From contig NC_003450.3 in NCBI RefSeq assembly GCF_000011325.1, positions 2,910,001-2,942,000 of the forward strand: DNA of 32,000 bases, given 5' to 3'. Source of the stretch: Corynebacterium glutamicum ATCC 13032 (GTDB lineage: Bacteria > Actinomycetota > Actinomycetes > Mycobacteriales > Mycobacteriaceae). Of the stretch, positions 1-8,816 are shown piece by piece (the first letter of the stretch is position 1; the number at the start of each line of letters is the position of its first letter). The position numbers and the translations under genes are program-made. The notes under the pieces are model-generated. The model ran no database searches. It worked only from the letters and a program-made list of their open reading frames with translations, and was not told the origin of the DNA.

Positions 1-40
1 CCCTGTGCGACGCCGACTGAGCTTTAAAAGTGTTTCTCAG

Positions 41-68
41 TTGACAGACTTGGTTTCTTAATTACTAA
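41..68 (+). promoter_or_regulatory. Candidate sigma-A type promoter upstream of the mrp operon (TTGACA, 16 nt spacer, TACTAA)
   Basis: TTGACA at 41-46 and TACTAA at 63-68, about 100 nt upstream of the proposed mrpA start. The -10 ends in A rather than T. No other support. Confidence 0.25.
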
Positions 69-172
69 AAAATCGATGTGTGTTGCTAACTGGGGGTGGC
101 ACGCACGTTGGCGTTGTTGTTTGGTGTGGCTCCAGAGTAATCCACAACGCGCAAAGGGGAACTGGAGAACAC

Positions 173-3100
173 GTGCTCATTCTTTTTCTCGCGCTCACTG
201 CAGCCGCAGTAGTCGCCCCCATCCTGATCCGAACTCTCGGTCGACCAGCTTTTGGTCTGCTGGCGCTTGTACCTGGCATTGGTTTTTTCTGGGTGCTTTC
301 GGAGTTCATCAAAGGCACTTTCAAGGATGGAGGTGAACTCCTCCTCCACTATGCCTGGATGCCTTCGGCTCACCTCAATATCGATTTCCGTATGGATTCC
401 CTCGCGGCGCTGTTCTCACTCATCGTCTTAGGCGTGGGCGCCCTAGTGCTGCTGTACTGCTGGGGATATTTTGATTCCAACGCGGGTCGCCTCAGTGCCT
501 TTGGTGCTGAACTGGTGGCCTTCGCCATGGCGATGTTTGGTCTTGTCATTTCAGACAACATCCTGCTGATGTACGTCTTCTGGGAAATCACCTCCGTTTT
601 ATCCTTCCTCCTGGTTGGTTATTACGGCGAACGCGCATCTTCACGTCGCTCTGCAGGTCAAGCCTTGATGGTGACCACCCTGGGTGGATTGGCCATGCTG
701 GTGGGCATCATTTTGATGGGTACCCAAACTGGCGTGTGGCGATTCTCTGAGATCCCTGCCTACTCAAGCTCCTGGGCAGATGTGCCGTATATTTCCGCTG
801 CTGCTGCCCTTATCTTGGCTGGCGCACTATCCAAATCGGCTATCGCACCAACCCACTTCTGGCTTCCCGGCGCGATGGCCGCACCAACGCCGGTGTCTGC
901 TTACCTGCACTCCGCAGCGATGGTGAAGGCGGGTATTTACCTTGTGGCTCGCCTCTCTCCAGACCTCAACGTAGTTGGTTCGTGGTACCTGATCATCATC
1001 CCGTTGGGCATGTTGACCATGCTCATGGGTGGTTGGATGGCGCTGCGCCAAAAGGATCTCAAGCTGATCCTGGCGTACGGCACGGTATCCCAGTTGGGCT
1101 TCATTATTTCCGTGGTGGGCATTGGTACCCGCGAAGCTTTGCTGGCAGGTCTTGCACTGACCGTTGCGCACTCCTTGTTTAAGGCAACATTGTTCATGAC
1201 AGTTGGTGCCATTGACCACACCACCGGAACTCGTGATATTCGTAAACTCTCCGGTCTGTGGCGTAAACAACCGATCCTGTTCGCCGTTGCTGCTGTTTCG
1301 GCGGCGTCCATGGCTGGTATTCCGCCACTGTTTGGTTTTATCGCCAAGGAAACAGCGCTGGATACCGTGTTGAATGAGCAGATGTTGCATGGCATGCCAG
1401 GTCGATTGATGCTGGCTGGCATCGTTTTGGGTTCCATCTTCACCATGGCATATTCCTGCTACTTCCTGTACGAAGCCTTTGCCACGAAGCACTCCAAATT
1501 CCCAGAGGCCAACGGTGTCTCACCTGCAGTGGAGGCAATGCATCCGGTGAAGTTTAAGCTGTGGATCGCACCTGTCATCCTGGCTATTTTGACCGTAGTG
1601 TTTGGTGTTTTCCCCAAGCCAGTGTCGGAAGCAATTGTCACGCATCTTGATAACGTCACGCCATCGCTTGATGATGTCCACACCAAACTGGCCTTGTGGC
1701 ATGGTCTGAATCTACCGCTGCTGCTGTCTGTGGTGATCATCATTTCCGGATTCATCATCTTCTGGGAGCGAGACACCGTCGAACGTTTGCGCCCTAACAC
1801 CGCAGCGTTTGGCAGTGCCGATACCGCCTACGACGCCATTCTTGATGCACTGCGTGTGCTCTCCCACCGCCTGACTGCATCCACCCAGCGTGGTTCTTTG
1901 ACCCTGAACGTCGGTGTGATCTTCTTCGTCCTCACGATTGTTCCGCTGATCGCTTTGATCACTGGCGAACAAAGCGATGTCCGCATGGAGCTGTGGGATA
2001 GCCCTATTCAGGGCTTCATCGCGGCCATCATTATCGTCGTTGCGATTGTGGCAACCACCATGGATAACCGTTTGTCTGCGCTGATTTTGGTGGGTGTGAC
2101 AGGTTATGGCATTGCCGTTATCTTCGCGCTACATGGCGCACCGGACTTGGCGCTAACCCAGGTGCTGGTGGAGACCATCGTCATGGTGGTATTCATGCTG
2201 GTGCTGCGTAAAATGCCGACAGAAGTTGCGTGGAAGGCAGAACCTAAACAGTCTCGCGTGCGAGCGTGGCTTGCTGGCGCCACCGGATTGTCCGTTGTTA
2301 TTGTCACCATTTTTGCCATGAATGCTCGCACCACTGAACCGATCTCTGTATACATGCAGGATCTGGCCTATGAGATCGGACATGGCGCAAACACCGTCAA
2401 CGTACTGCTCGTAGACCTGCGTGGTTTTGATACCTTCGGTGAAATTTCCGTCCTTGTGATCGCGGCAACCGGTATCGCCTCCCTGGTCTACCGAAACCGC
2501 AGCTTCCGCAAGGATTCTCGCAGACCAACCCTGGCTACCACTGGTCGCCGTTGGTTGGCTGCTGCTGTTGATACCGAAAGGGCGCAGAACCGCTCGCTGA
2601 TGGTTGATGTGGCAACGCGCATCCTCTTCCCTGCCATGATCATGTTGTCTGTGTACTTCTTCTTCGCCGGACACAACGCGCCGGGCGGCGGATTCGCCGG
2701 CGGCCTTGTTGCCTCCTTGGCGTTCGCCTTGCGCTACCTTGCCGGTGGACGTGAAGAACTTGAAGAAGCGTTGCCTATCGACGCCGGCCGTATCTTGGGA
2801 ACTGGACTATTTGTTTCTGCAACTGCAGTGCTGTGGCCCATGGTTCTTCTTGGTGAACCACCGCTGACCTCCCATATTTGGGATCTCACACTGCCACTTA
2901 TCGGTGAGATTCACATTGCATCCGCGCTGCTCTTTGACCTTGGTGTCTACCTGATCGTCATCGGTTTGACCATGCACATTCTCAACAGTTTGGGCGGCCA
3001 GCTCGACCGCGATGAGGAAATGCGTAAGCAGCGTGCGCGCGACCGAGCTCGACGCTTGGCGCGCAACCAGCGTCGAGAAGCAGCAACCGTCGGCGCACGC

Positions 3101-3232
3101 AGGTCGAACGAGAAATCGACACGCCAAATGCCGACGATTCGGCCTCCAGGGGCAGACACAGAATCGGTGGAGCAGAACGGTGAGAACCAGACGTCGATAA
3201 GCACAAAGCGTTTAAAGCAGGAAGGAAAATAA
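173..3232 (+). CDS. mrpA: Mrp-type monovalent cation/H+ antiporter subunit A, fused MrpA-MrpB (NuoL/ND5-like core plus MnhB-like C-terminal membrane domain)
   Basis: ORF 80..3232. It is a polytopic membrane protein with an antiporter-like motif (HFWLPGAMAAPTPVSAYLHSAAMVKAGIYL). It is about 1000 aa, which fits an A+B fusion, and is the first gene of an A-C-D-E-F-G series. I place the start at in-frame GTG 173, with GGAGAA 5 nt upstream and VLILFLALTAAAVV as the first TM helix. Residues encoded by 80-172 look non-protein-like. The exact start is uncertain. Confidence 0.88.
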   Translation: MLILFLALTAAAVVAPILIRTLGRPAFGLLALVPGIGFFWVLSEFIKGTFKDGGELLLHYAWMPSAHLNIDFRMDSLAALFSLIVLGVGALVLLYCWGYFDSNAGRLSAFGAELVAFAMAMFGLVISDNILLMYVFWEITSVLSFLLVGYYGERASSRRSAGQALMVTTLGGLAMLVGIILMGTQTGVWRFSEIPAYSSSWADVPYISAAAALILAGALSKSAIAPTHFWLPGAMAAPTPVSAYLHSAAMVKAGIYLVARLSPDLNVVGSWYLIIIPLGMLTMLMGGWMALRQKDLKLILAYGTVSQLGFIISVVGIGTREALLAGLALTVAHSLFKATLFMTVGAIDHTTGTRDIRKLSGLWRKQPILFAVAAVSAASMAGIPPLFGFIAKETALDTVLNEQMLHGMPGRLMLAGIVLGSIFTMAYSCYFLYEAFATKHSKFPEANGVSPAVEAMHPVKFKLWIAPVILAILTVVFGVFPKPVSEAIVTHLDNVTPSLDDVHTKLALWHGLNLPLLLSVVIIISGFIIFWERDTVERLRPNTAAFGSADTAYDAILDALRVLSHRLTASTQRGSLTLNVGVIFFVLTIVPLIALITGEQSDVRMELWDSPIQGFIAAIIIVVAIVATTMDNRLSALILVGVTGYGIAVIFALHGAPDLALTQVLVETIVMVVFMLVLRKMPTEVAWKAEPKQSRVRAWLAGATGLSVVIVTIFAMNARTTEPISVYMQDLAYEIGHGANTVNVLLVDLRGFDTFGEISVLVIAATGIASLVYRNRSFRKDSRRPTLATTGRRWLAAAVDTERAQNRSLMVDVATRILFPAMIMLSVYFFFAGHNAPGGGFAGGLVASLAFALRYLAGGREELEEALPIDAGRILGTGLFVSATAVLWPMVLLGEPPLTSHIWDLTLPLIGEIHIASALLFDLGVYLIVIGLTMHILNSLGGQLDRDEEMRKQRARDRARRLARNQRREAATVGARRSNEKSTRQMPTIRPPGADTESVEQNGENQTSISTKRLKQEGK

Positions 3233-3235
3233 CAC

Positions 3236-3727
3236 ATGGTAGCCAACCTTTTCCTGCTCCTAGCTGCTGGAACTCTCATTTCTGCGGGTGTGTATCTGCT
3301 GCTTGATCGCGCGATGACCAAAATGATCATGGGTCTCATGCTGATCGGCAACGGAGCCAACCTGCTGATTTTGGTCGCTGGAGGTTCCGCTGGATCGCCA
3401 CCGATTCTGGGGCGTGAAAGCGAAATCTACGGCGACAAAACCGCTGATCCGCTAGCCCAAGCCATGATCCTGACCGCCATCGTGATCTCGATGGCGCTGA
3501 CCGCGTTCATGCTGTCGCTTGCCTACCGTCAATACCGTTACCGCACCGAGGACTTCATTGAAGATGACACCGAGGACGTTGCAATCACCGTCCGCCCCAG
3601 TTTTGCGTCTGCTGCACCTGACCACGATGCATCTGACGACCCAGAAACTGGTCGCATGACCTCAGACGGCGACGATTTCGGCCCAGAATCCTTCGAAGCA
3701 CCACTGAAGGGAGATAAGGATGACTAG
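3236..3727 (+). CDS. mrpC: Mrp antiporter subunit C (NuoK-like) with a long acidic C-terminal tail
   Basis: 163 aa. The N-terminal ~100 aa form three TM helices typical of MrpC/NuoK (LLLAAGTLISAGVYLLL..., LAQAMILTAIVISMALTAF). The ATG lies 3 nt after the mrpA stop. The C-terminal ~60 aa are D/E-rich. Confidence 0.85.
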   Translation: MVANLFLLLAAGTLISAGVYLLLDRAMTKMIMGLMLIGNGANLLILVAGGSAGSPPILGRESEIYGDKTADPLAQAMILTAIVISMALTAFMLSLAYRQYRYRTEDFIEDDTEDVAITVRPSFASAAPDHDASDDPETGRMTSDGDDFGPESFEAPLKGDKDD

Positions 3728-5420
3728 TTTGTACGAAACTCTCGTCCCGTTGATCCCTTATATGGTCCCGCTGCCCATCATTTTGCCTGCGGTTGCGGCG
3801 GCGCTGGCATTGATTTTGTCGAAATATCTGACAGCGCAGCGCACCATTACTTTGTCTGTTTTGGCGTTCCTCATTGGTCTTAACGCCACCATGCTGTACG
3901 TGGTGGATCGCGAAGGCATTCAGACTTTGCAGTTGGGTGGCTGGGATGCCCCGATCGGAATCACCCTGGTGGCCGACCGACTGTCTGTTTCCATGCTGAC
4001 GGTGAGTTCCATCGTGCTGTTTTCTGTCATGTGGTACGCGATCAGCCAGGGTATTCGCGACGGCGGCAAGGACGAACCTGTTGCAGTGTTCCTGCCTACT
4101 TACCTGCTGCTCTCGATGGGCGTGAACCTGGCGTTCCTCGCTGGCGACCTGTTTAACCTCTACGTTGGTTTCGAAGTGCTGCTGGTGGCGTCATACGTGC
4201 TGCTCACCTTGGGTGCATCGCCGGCACGTGTACGTTCCGGCGTGGGTTACGTGATGGTGTCCATGGCGTCATCGATGGTGTTCCTGTTTGGACTCGCAAT
4301 GGTTTACGCCTCAGTGGGCACGTTGAACATGGCTCACGTTGGCCTACGCATGGAAGATGTTCCGTCTGGAACTCGCTCCGCGATCTTCGCAGTGTTGCTC
4401 GTGGCATTCGGTATTAAAGCTGCCGTGTTCCCCCTAGATTCCTGGCTGCCGGACTCCTACCCCACCGCGCCATCGCTGGTCACCGCGGTGTTCGCAGGTC
4501 TGTTGACCAAGGTGGGTGTGTATTCCATCATTCGAGCACGCTCGATTATTTTCACCGATGGATCCCTTGACACCATGCTGATGTGGGTGGCACTCGCCAC
4601 CATGCTCATTGGTATTTTGGGCGCGATGGCGCAAAACGATATCAAACGTTTGTTGTCATTTACTCTGGTCAGCCACATCGGCTACATGATCTTCGGCGTA
4701 GCCCTTGGATCTGCACAGGGTTTGTCTGGTGCGATCTTCTACGCAATCCACCACATTCTGGTTCAGACTTCCCTGTTCCTGGTGGTCGGTCTGGTGGAAC
4801 GCCAAGCCGGATCCTCCTCGCTGCGACGCCTTGGATCCCTGGCATATATCTCCCCACTTCTTGCGATTTTGTACTTCATCCCCGCCATCAACCTGGGTGG
4901 TATCCCACCGTTCTCCGGCTTCCTGGGCAAGATCATGCTCATCGAAGCCGGCGCCGAAGATGGCAGTTGGCTGGCATGGGTCCTTATCGCAGGCGCCGTT
5001 GTCACCTCACTGCTCACCTTGTACACCATGGTTCTGGTCTGGTCCAAGGCCTTCTGGCGCGACCGTAAAGACGCCCCCGATGGAGCAACCGCACTAGCAA
5101 GACCCGCACCTTTGGTAGATATCCAAGACGAAGTCGCCGTTAAAGACCGCAACGATGTCGGACGGATGCCTTGGGGCATGGTCTTCTCCACTGCCCTGTT
5201 GGTTTCCGCATCCCTTGCTGTATCCGTGCTCGCAGGACCACTGTCATCTATTACTGGACGCGCCGCCGAATCCGCACAAGATGTCAACATCTACCGCGCC
5301 GCAGTACTCGGCCCCAACTACCTCGACCCATCACGCACACTCGAGATGGAGCGTTACGACGCCAACCGCGATGACATCAACCACCGCGTCGACACCAATG
5401 GAACGGAGGACCAACCATGA
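3720..5420 (+). CDS. mrpD: Mrp antiporter subunit D (NuoN/ND2-like)
   Basis: 566 aa polytopic protein with an antiporter-like motif (DSWLPDSYPTAPSLVTAVFAGLLTKVGVY). The start overlaps the mrpC stop by 8 nt (ATGACTAG). There is an extra ~100 aa C-terminal extension containing one further hydrophobic helix. Confidence 0.9.
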   Translation: MTSLYETLVPLIPYMVPLPIILPAVAAALALILSKYLTAQRTITLSVLAFLIGLNATMLYVVDREGIQTLQLGGWDAPIGITLVADRLSVSMLTVSSIVLFSVMWYAISQGIRDGGKDEPVAVFLPTYLLLSMGVNLAFLAGDLFNLYVGFEVLLVASYVLLTLGASPARVRSGVGYVMVSMASSMVFLFGLAMVYASVGTLNMAHVGLRMEDVPSGTRSAIFAVLLVAFGIKAAVFPLDSWLPDSYPTAPSLVTAVFAGLLTKVGVYSIIRARSIIFTDGSLDTMLMWVALATMLIGILGAMAQNDIKRLLSFTLVSHIGYMIFGVALGSAQGLSGAIFYAIHHILVQTSLFLVVGLVERQAGSSSLRRLGSLAYISPLLAILYFIPAINLGGIPPFSGFLGKIMLIEAGAEDGSWLAWVLIAGAVVTSLLTLYTMVLVWSKAFWRDRKDAPDGATALARPAPLVDIQDEVAVKDRNDVGRMPWGMVFSTALLVSASLAVSVLAGPLSSITGRAAESAQDVNIYRAAVLGPNYLDPSRTLEMERYDANRDDINHRVDTNGTEDQP

Positions 5421-5926
5421 TCAGTGGATTCAAACGACGCTTCCGCCCCGTCTTCATCATCGGCCTCACCCTGATGTGGGTCATGCTCATGGCAGAATTC
5501 ACCTGGGCAAACTTCGTCGGCGGTTTCCTCGTAGCTAGCGCAATCGTGCTGTTCCTCCCACTTCCAGCCATGCCGATTGAGAACATCTCCATCCGCTGGG
5601 GATCACTCATCCTGCTGATCCTCAACTGGTTCAAAGACCTCGCCGTGGCATCAGTCAAAGTTGCTTGGCTCGCACTACGCCCAGCCGACCCACCGCGCAC
5701 CGCCATTGTGCAAGTACCCATGCGCGTTCAAAACGACCTAGTTTTGTCATTCGCCACAATGCTCTACAACTTGCAGCCCGGCGGAACCGTCACAGACATC
5801 GACATCGCCAACAGAATGTGGACCATCCACGTACTCGACGCCGACGACGAAGAAGACCTCCGCCGCGAGATCCAAAACGTCGCAGACCTAGAAGCCACCC
5901 TGATCCACACCTTTGAAAGGAGCTAA
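5417..5926 (+). CDS. mrpE: Mrp antiporter subunit E
   Basis: 169 aa with two N-terminal TM helices followed by a soluble domain, which is the MrpE/MnhE layout. ATGA overlap with the mrpD stop. Operon position supports the call. Confidence 0.8.
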   Translation: MISGFKRRFRPVFIIGLTLMWVMLMAEFTWANFVGGFLVASAIVLFLPLPAMPIENISIRWGSLILLILNWFKDLAVASVKVAWLALRPADPPRTAIVQVPMRVQNDLVLSFATMLYNLQPGGTVTDIDIANRMWTIHVLDADDEEDLRREIQNVADLEATLIHTFERS

Positions 5927-5929
5927 GCG

Positions 5930-6205
5930 ATGGACAACACCCTCTACACAGCAGGCCTCACAATCGCAGCTGCCTTTTTCATGCTGTCGTTCATCTTCAC
6001 CATCTACCGCATCATCGTCGGGCCCAACTCCATCGATCGCCTACTCGGCCTGGACGGAACCGTCTCCATGATTCAATGCTCCATGGCCACCTACATCTGC
6101 TGGACACTCGACACCACCGTCACCAACTTCATGATGGTCATCGCACTCTTAGGATTCATCAGCTCTGTATCCGTAGCCCGCTTCCGCAAGAGGGATGGTG
6201 CCTAA
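5930..6205 (+). CDS. mrpF: Mrp antiporter subunit F
   Basis: 91 aa, three TM helices, with the motif IYRIIVGPNSIDRLLGLD typical of MrpF/MnhF/PhaF. Operon position supports the call. Confidence 0.82.
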   Translation: MDNTLYTAGLTIAAAFFMLSFIFTIYRIIVGPNSIDRLLGLDGTVSMIQCSMATYICWTLDTTVTNFMMVIALLGFISSVSVARFRKRDGA

Positions 6206-6586
6206 ATGACCCTGCAACTATTCACCGACATCGTGTCTCTGGTGTTCATTCTCAGCGGCGCATTCTTGTCATTCTCCGCATCCATCGGCCTCATACGATT
6301 CAAAGACACCATGTCCAGAGTCCACGCCATGACCAAACCCCAAACAACCGGCCTTATCCTCACCGTTGTAGGCGCAATCATCCGCATCTTAGGCCACGAA
6401 CACTTCGATCAATCACAACGCAGTGACCTCGGAGTCCTTGTTCTCCTCGTACTGTTTGCACTGCTCACCAGCCCAGTGACCGCGCAGCGTGTCGGCCGTG
6501 TGTCCAGGCGTGAAGGACTCTACGGTGCAAAGGACGATATGTCGGATAACCAGGCTCCTGCGGAGTTGAAGCCGAAGAAGTCTTGA
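6206..6586 (+). CDS. mrpG: Mrp antiporter subunit G
   Basis: 126 aa, three TM helices, with GLIRFKDTMSRVHAMTKPQTTG typical of MrpG/MnhG/PhaG. The ATG directly abuts the mrpF TAA. Confidence 0.82.
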   Translation: MTLQLFTDIVSLVFILSGAFLSFSASIGLIRFKDTMSRVHAMTKPQTTGLILTVVGAIIRILGHEHFDQSQRSDLGVLVLLVLFALLTSPVTAQRVGRVSRREGLYGAKDDMSDNQAPAELKPKKS

Positions 6587-6620
6587 GTTTTCTGAAGGCT
6601 TTCTGGAGGTTTTAGAGAGA

Positions 6621-6669
6621 ATCAGCGCCCGGGAGCTGTTTGGGACTCTCCTGGGCGCTGATTTTTGTT
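6621..6669 (+). terminator. Rho-independent terminator of the mrp operon
   Basis: A 14-bp stem pairs 6621-6634 (ATCAGCGCCCGGGA) with 6649-6662 (TCCTGGGCGCTGAT), including one G.U. The loop is 14 nt and is followed by TTTTTGTT. It begins 35 nt after the mrpG stop. Confidence 0.78.
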
Positions 6670-6745
6670 ATTTCAGGGTGGTTTTCGGGTTTATTGTGGC
6701 CTGGGTATGCCCCGAGTAGGCCGATGTGCAAGGGCGACTCCGCAG

Positions 6746-6877
6746 AACCGGACAGGCGTGCTAAAATGTCGAATTTTCAGCACATCTTGGCACATGTGTC
6801 TGGTTTCAAGCTCTCATAACCGGACACACGTGCCAAAACCTACGGATTTCCAGGATTTGTGGCACGCCTGTCTGGTT
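6746..6877. repeat. Tandem pair of ~72-bp units built from four copies of a 16-19 bp motif (AACCRGACA..GTGCC) in alternating orientation; folds as nested long hairpins
   Basis: Outer arms 6746-6761 and 6862-6877 pair over 16 positions (one G.U). Inner arms 6787-6805 and 6818-6836 pair over 19 positions (one G.U, one mismatch). Same-orientation copies are spaced exactly 72 bp (6746 to 6818; 6787 to 6859). The element is intergenic, between convergent mrpG and the hydrolase-like gene. Confidence 0.7.
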
Positions 6878-7021
6878 TTCCAAAAGTTAGCCAGAATTCC
6901 AGCTTAAAGCCCAAAAATTACACCATCCCAGAATGCGATTTGAAGGACTTTTACACCCGCATCCACACAAACACCCATTCGAGAATATTAGGGCCTTAAA
7001 TTGGCGTTTAGGCGTGCCCTT

Positions 7022-7621
7022 CTATTGGGCGAGGAATTCCGCAATCGCAGCACCAGTTTGGCGTCCATGCGTTGTGTAAGTCAGCCAATTGGCACCAATA
7101 ATGGTGGTAGCCCGAGCGCTCGGGATTTGTTTTTCCAAGTCAGAATCAATTCCAGCCTTCGCAGCGGAGCCTCGGATGATTAACGTCGGCATGGTAATCT
7201 CGGAAAATCCCATCGGAACTGCAGTACGGGCTTCTTCTACCTGCTGCAGGAGGTCTTTCTTGTTCTTCTTTCGGAAGAAGAATCCTGGCATCATTTTCAG
7301 TGCGGTGCTCATGCCTTTGAGTTGTTTCTCATCAAAGGTCACCAACGGTGAATCCAGCACGAGGCGTTCCACGCGGCGGGGTTGGTTCTTGGCAATTTCC
7401 AACGCCACTCCAGCTCCGGTTCCAGCGCCGACCAGGATGACGCGCCGGATTTCTTCACGGTCGAGGATGGATTCCACAGCCTGCACACCTGCGGAAACAC
7501 TACCGCTCCACGGTACGATCCGTGGTTTGATTCCGGCGGGAATCTCGTTGACTACCTCGGTAAACTCGTCGGGTGTTTGTTGGGATTCCGGGATGAAAAT
7601 GATGTGTTGGGATTCCACCAT
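7022..7621 (-). CDS. Small alpha/beta-hydrolase-fold protein with an atypical nucleophile elbow (function unknown)
   Basis: 199 aa with a strand/helix pattern like short alpha/beta hydrolases. The elbow reads LVGAGTGAGVAL (Thr or Gly where GxSxG Ser is expected). A His lies near the C-terminus (YTTHG). It starts 6 nt after the upstream ligase stop. Confidence 0.55.
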   Translation of the reverse strand: MVESQHIIFIPESQQTPDEFTEVVNEIPAGIKPRIVPWSGSVSAGVQAVESILDREEIRRVILVGAGTGAGVALEIAKNQPRRVERLVLDSPLVTFDEKQLKGMSTALKMMPGFFFRKKNKKDLLQQVEEARTAVPMGFSEITMPTLIIRGSAAKAGIDSDLEKQIPSARATTIIGANWLTYTTHGRQTGAAIAEFLAQ

Positions 7622-7627
7622 AGCTAT

Positions 7628-8758
7628 TTAGTCCAGTGCTTTGAGGTCGTTGAGTTCGTCGCAGGCTAAATCAACTGCAGCTTTCCAACTGCCAGTTTCT
7701 TTAAACACTCTGCGTTGGCGTTCGTATCCACCACCACGTTCCAGGATTTCCAACACAAGTTCAAGCTCACGAGCGCAGCCGAGTTCGTTGGCTAGAGGCA
7801 TCAATTGCGCTACTAGTCGGCGGAGTTCGTCTTGAACCATCGCTTCATCGGTGTCTCTGGAAATGATGATTTCGGCATCCAGACCATACCTAGCCGCGCG
7901 CCATTTATTTTCCGAAACGTGCCATTGTTGCAGGGAGGGAAGCTCTTCGCCAGCGTCGATCATGCGGTCGTAGTGCACCACGAGACAGTGGGTCAACGCC
8001 ACGATGGCAGACAGTTCCCGCAGGTTGGAGGTAGAATCGGCCACGCGGACTTCGATGGTTCCCCATTTGGATGCGGGGCGGATATCAAAGTGCATGGATC
8101 CGGTGTGGTTGATGACACCGGATTTATCTTGATCCGCCATGTAGCTGCACCATTCATCCCAGCTTTGGAATTGGTATGGCAGTCCGGCTGTAGGCAGCTG
8201 TTGGTAGAGCATCGTCCGGTTGGAGGCATAACCGGTATCAAGTCCGTCCCATGCTGGAGAGCTTGCAGAAAGTGCCAACAGATGTGGGTAATTTGTCAGC
8301 AGCGCATTGATGATCGGCCACACGCGATCTTCATGGCTGATGCCCACGTGGACGTGAATGCCCCAAATCAACATCTGGTTTCCCCAGTATTGGGTGCGCG
8401 CGATGATCTCGTCGTAGGAGCCTTTTTCAGATACTGGGTTTTCGCGGAAATCCGAAAATGGGTGGGATCCAGAGGTCCACAACCGAAGCCCGAGAGAATC
8501 CGCTGCTTCTTTCAGCGCATCTAGATCGTGGGAAAGCTCTGCCACCGCTTCGGGGACGGTGTCGCACACTCCGGTGACAAGCTCCACGGTGTTTTGGAGG
8601 AATTCGCGCTCGAGGTGCACCTCAGGGTGGTTCTTGGCCACAATCTCTAGTATTTCTGCAGCGCGCGGGGCTAGATCACGTGTTTCTGGATCAACAAGTG
8701 CAATTTCCCACTCAACGCCCAGGGTGGGTCGCGGTGAACGCTTAAACTCAATGCCCAT
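7628..8758 (-). CDS. Carboxylate-amine ligase, glutamate-cysteine ligase family 2 (YbdK type)
   Basis: 376 aa. The N-terminus [23 protein letters not shown] and later HVHVG, FDIRP and TIEVRVAD segments are characteristic of the GCS2/YbdK family. A strong AAGGAGG lies upstream. Confidence 0.85.
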   Translation of the reverse strand: MGIEFKRSPRPTLGVEWEIALVDPETRDLAPRAAEILEIVAKNHPEVHLEREFLQNTVELVTGVCDTVPEAVAELSHDLDALKEAADSLGLRLWTSGSHPFSDFRENPVSEKGSYDEIIARTQYWGNQMLIWGIHVHVGISHEDRVWPIINALLTNYPHLLALSASSPAWDGLDTGYASNRTMLYQQLPTAGLPYQFQSWDEWCSYMADQDKSGVINHTGSMHFDIRPASKWGTIEVRVADSTSNLRELSAIVALTHCLVVHYDRMIDAGEELPSLQQWHVSENKWRAARYGLDAEIIISRDTDEAMVQDELRRLVAQLMPLANELGCARELELVLEILERGGGYERQRRVFKETGSWKAAVDLACDELNDLKALD

Positions 8759-8816
8759 GGCGTGAGCCTCCTTAAAATCCGACTAATTACGACTAGTTCC
8801 AACAAATCCGAGAAAA

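Noticed and set aside
80-172. Longest-ORF starts for mrpA (80), GNAT (10263), Na/Pi (15356), pknG (22242), pta (28029) and the lipoprotein (31509)
   Set aside because: The upstream extensions encode Cys/Trp/Arg-rich non-protein-like sequence, overlap neighbouring genes or lack an SD sequence. The internal starts give SD-preceded, family-typical N-termini. They also give the lengths I recall for C. glutamicum PknG (822 aa) and Pta (461 aa).
6665-6907. 80-aa ORF in the mrpG-hydrolase intergenic region, and similar ORFs at 13637..14062 and 25005..25268
   Set aside because: Each ORF is read straight through inverted or direct repeat elements, so repeat copies appear as repeated peptide strings in different frames. 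None has an SD sequence. They are most likely non-coding.
7832-8524. 230-aa plus-strand ORF overlapping the GCS2 ligase gene
   Set aside because: It lies opposite a gene with clear family motifs. The ORF has no recognisable domain and a biased Arg/Gly/Val content typical of GC-rich antisense frames.
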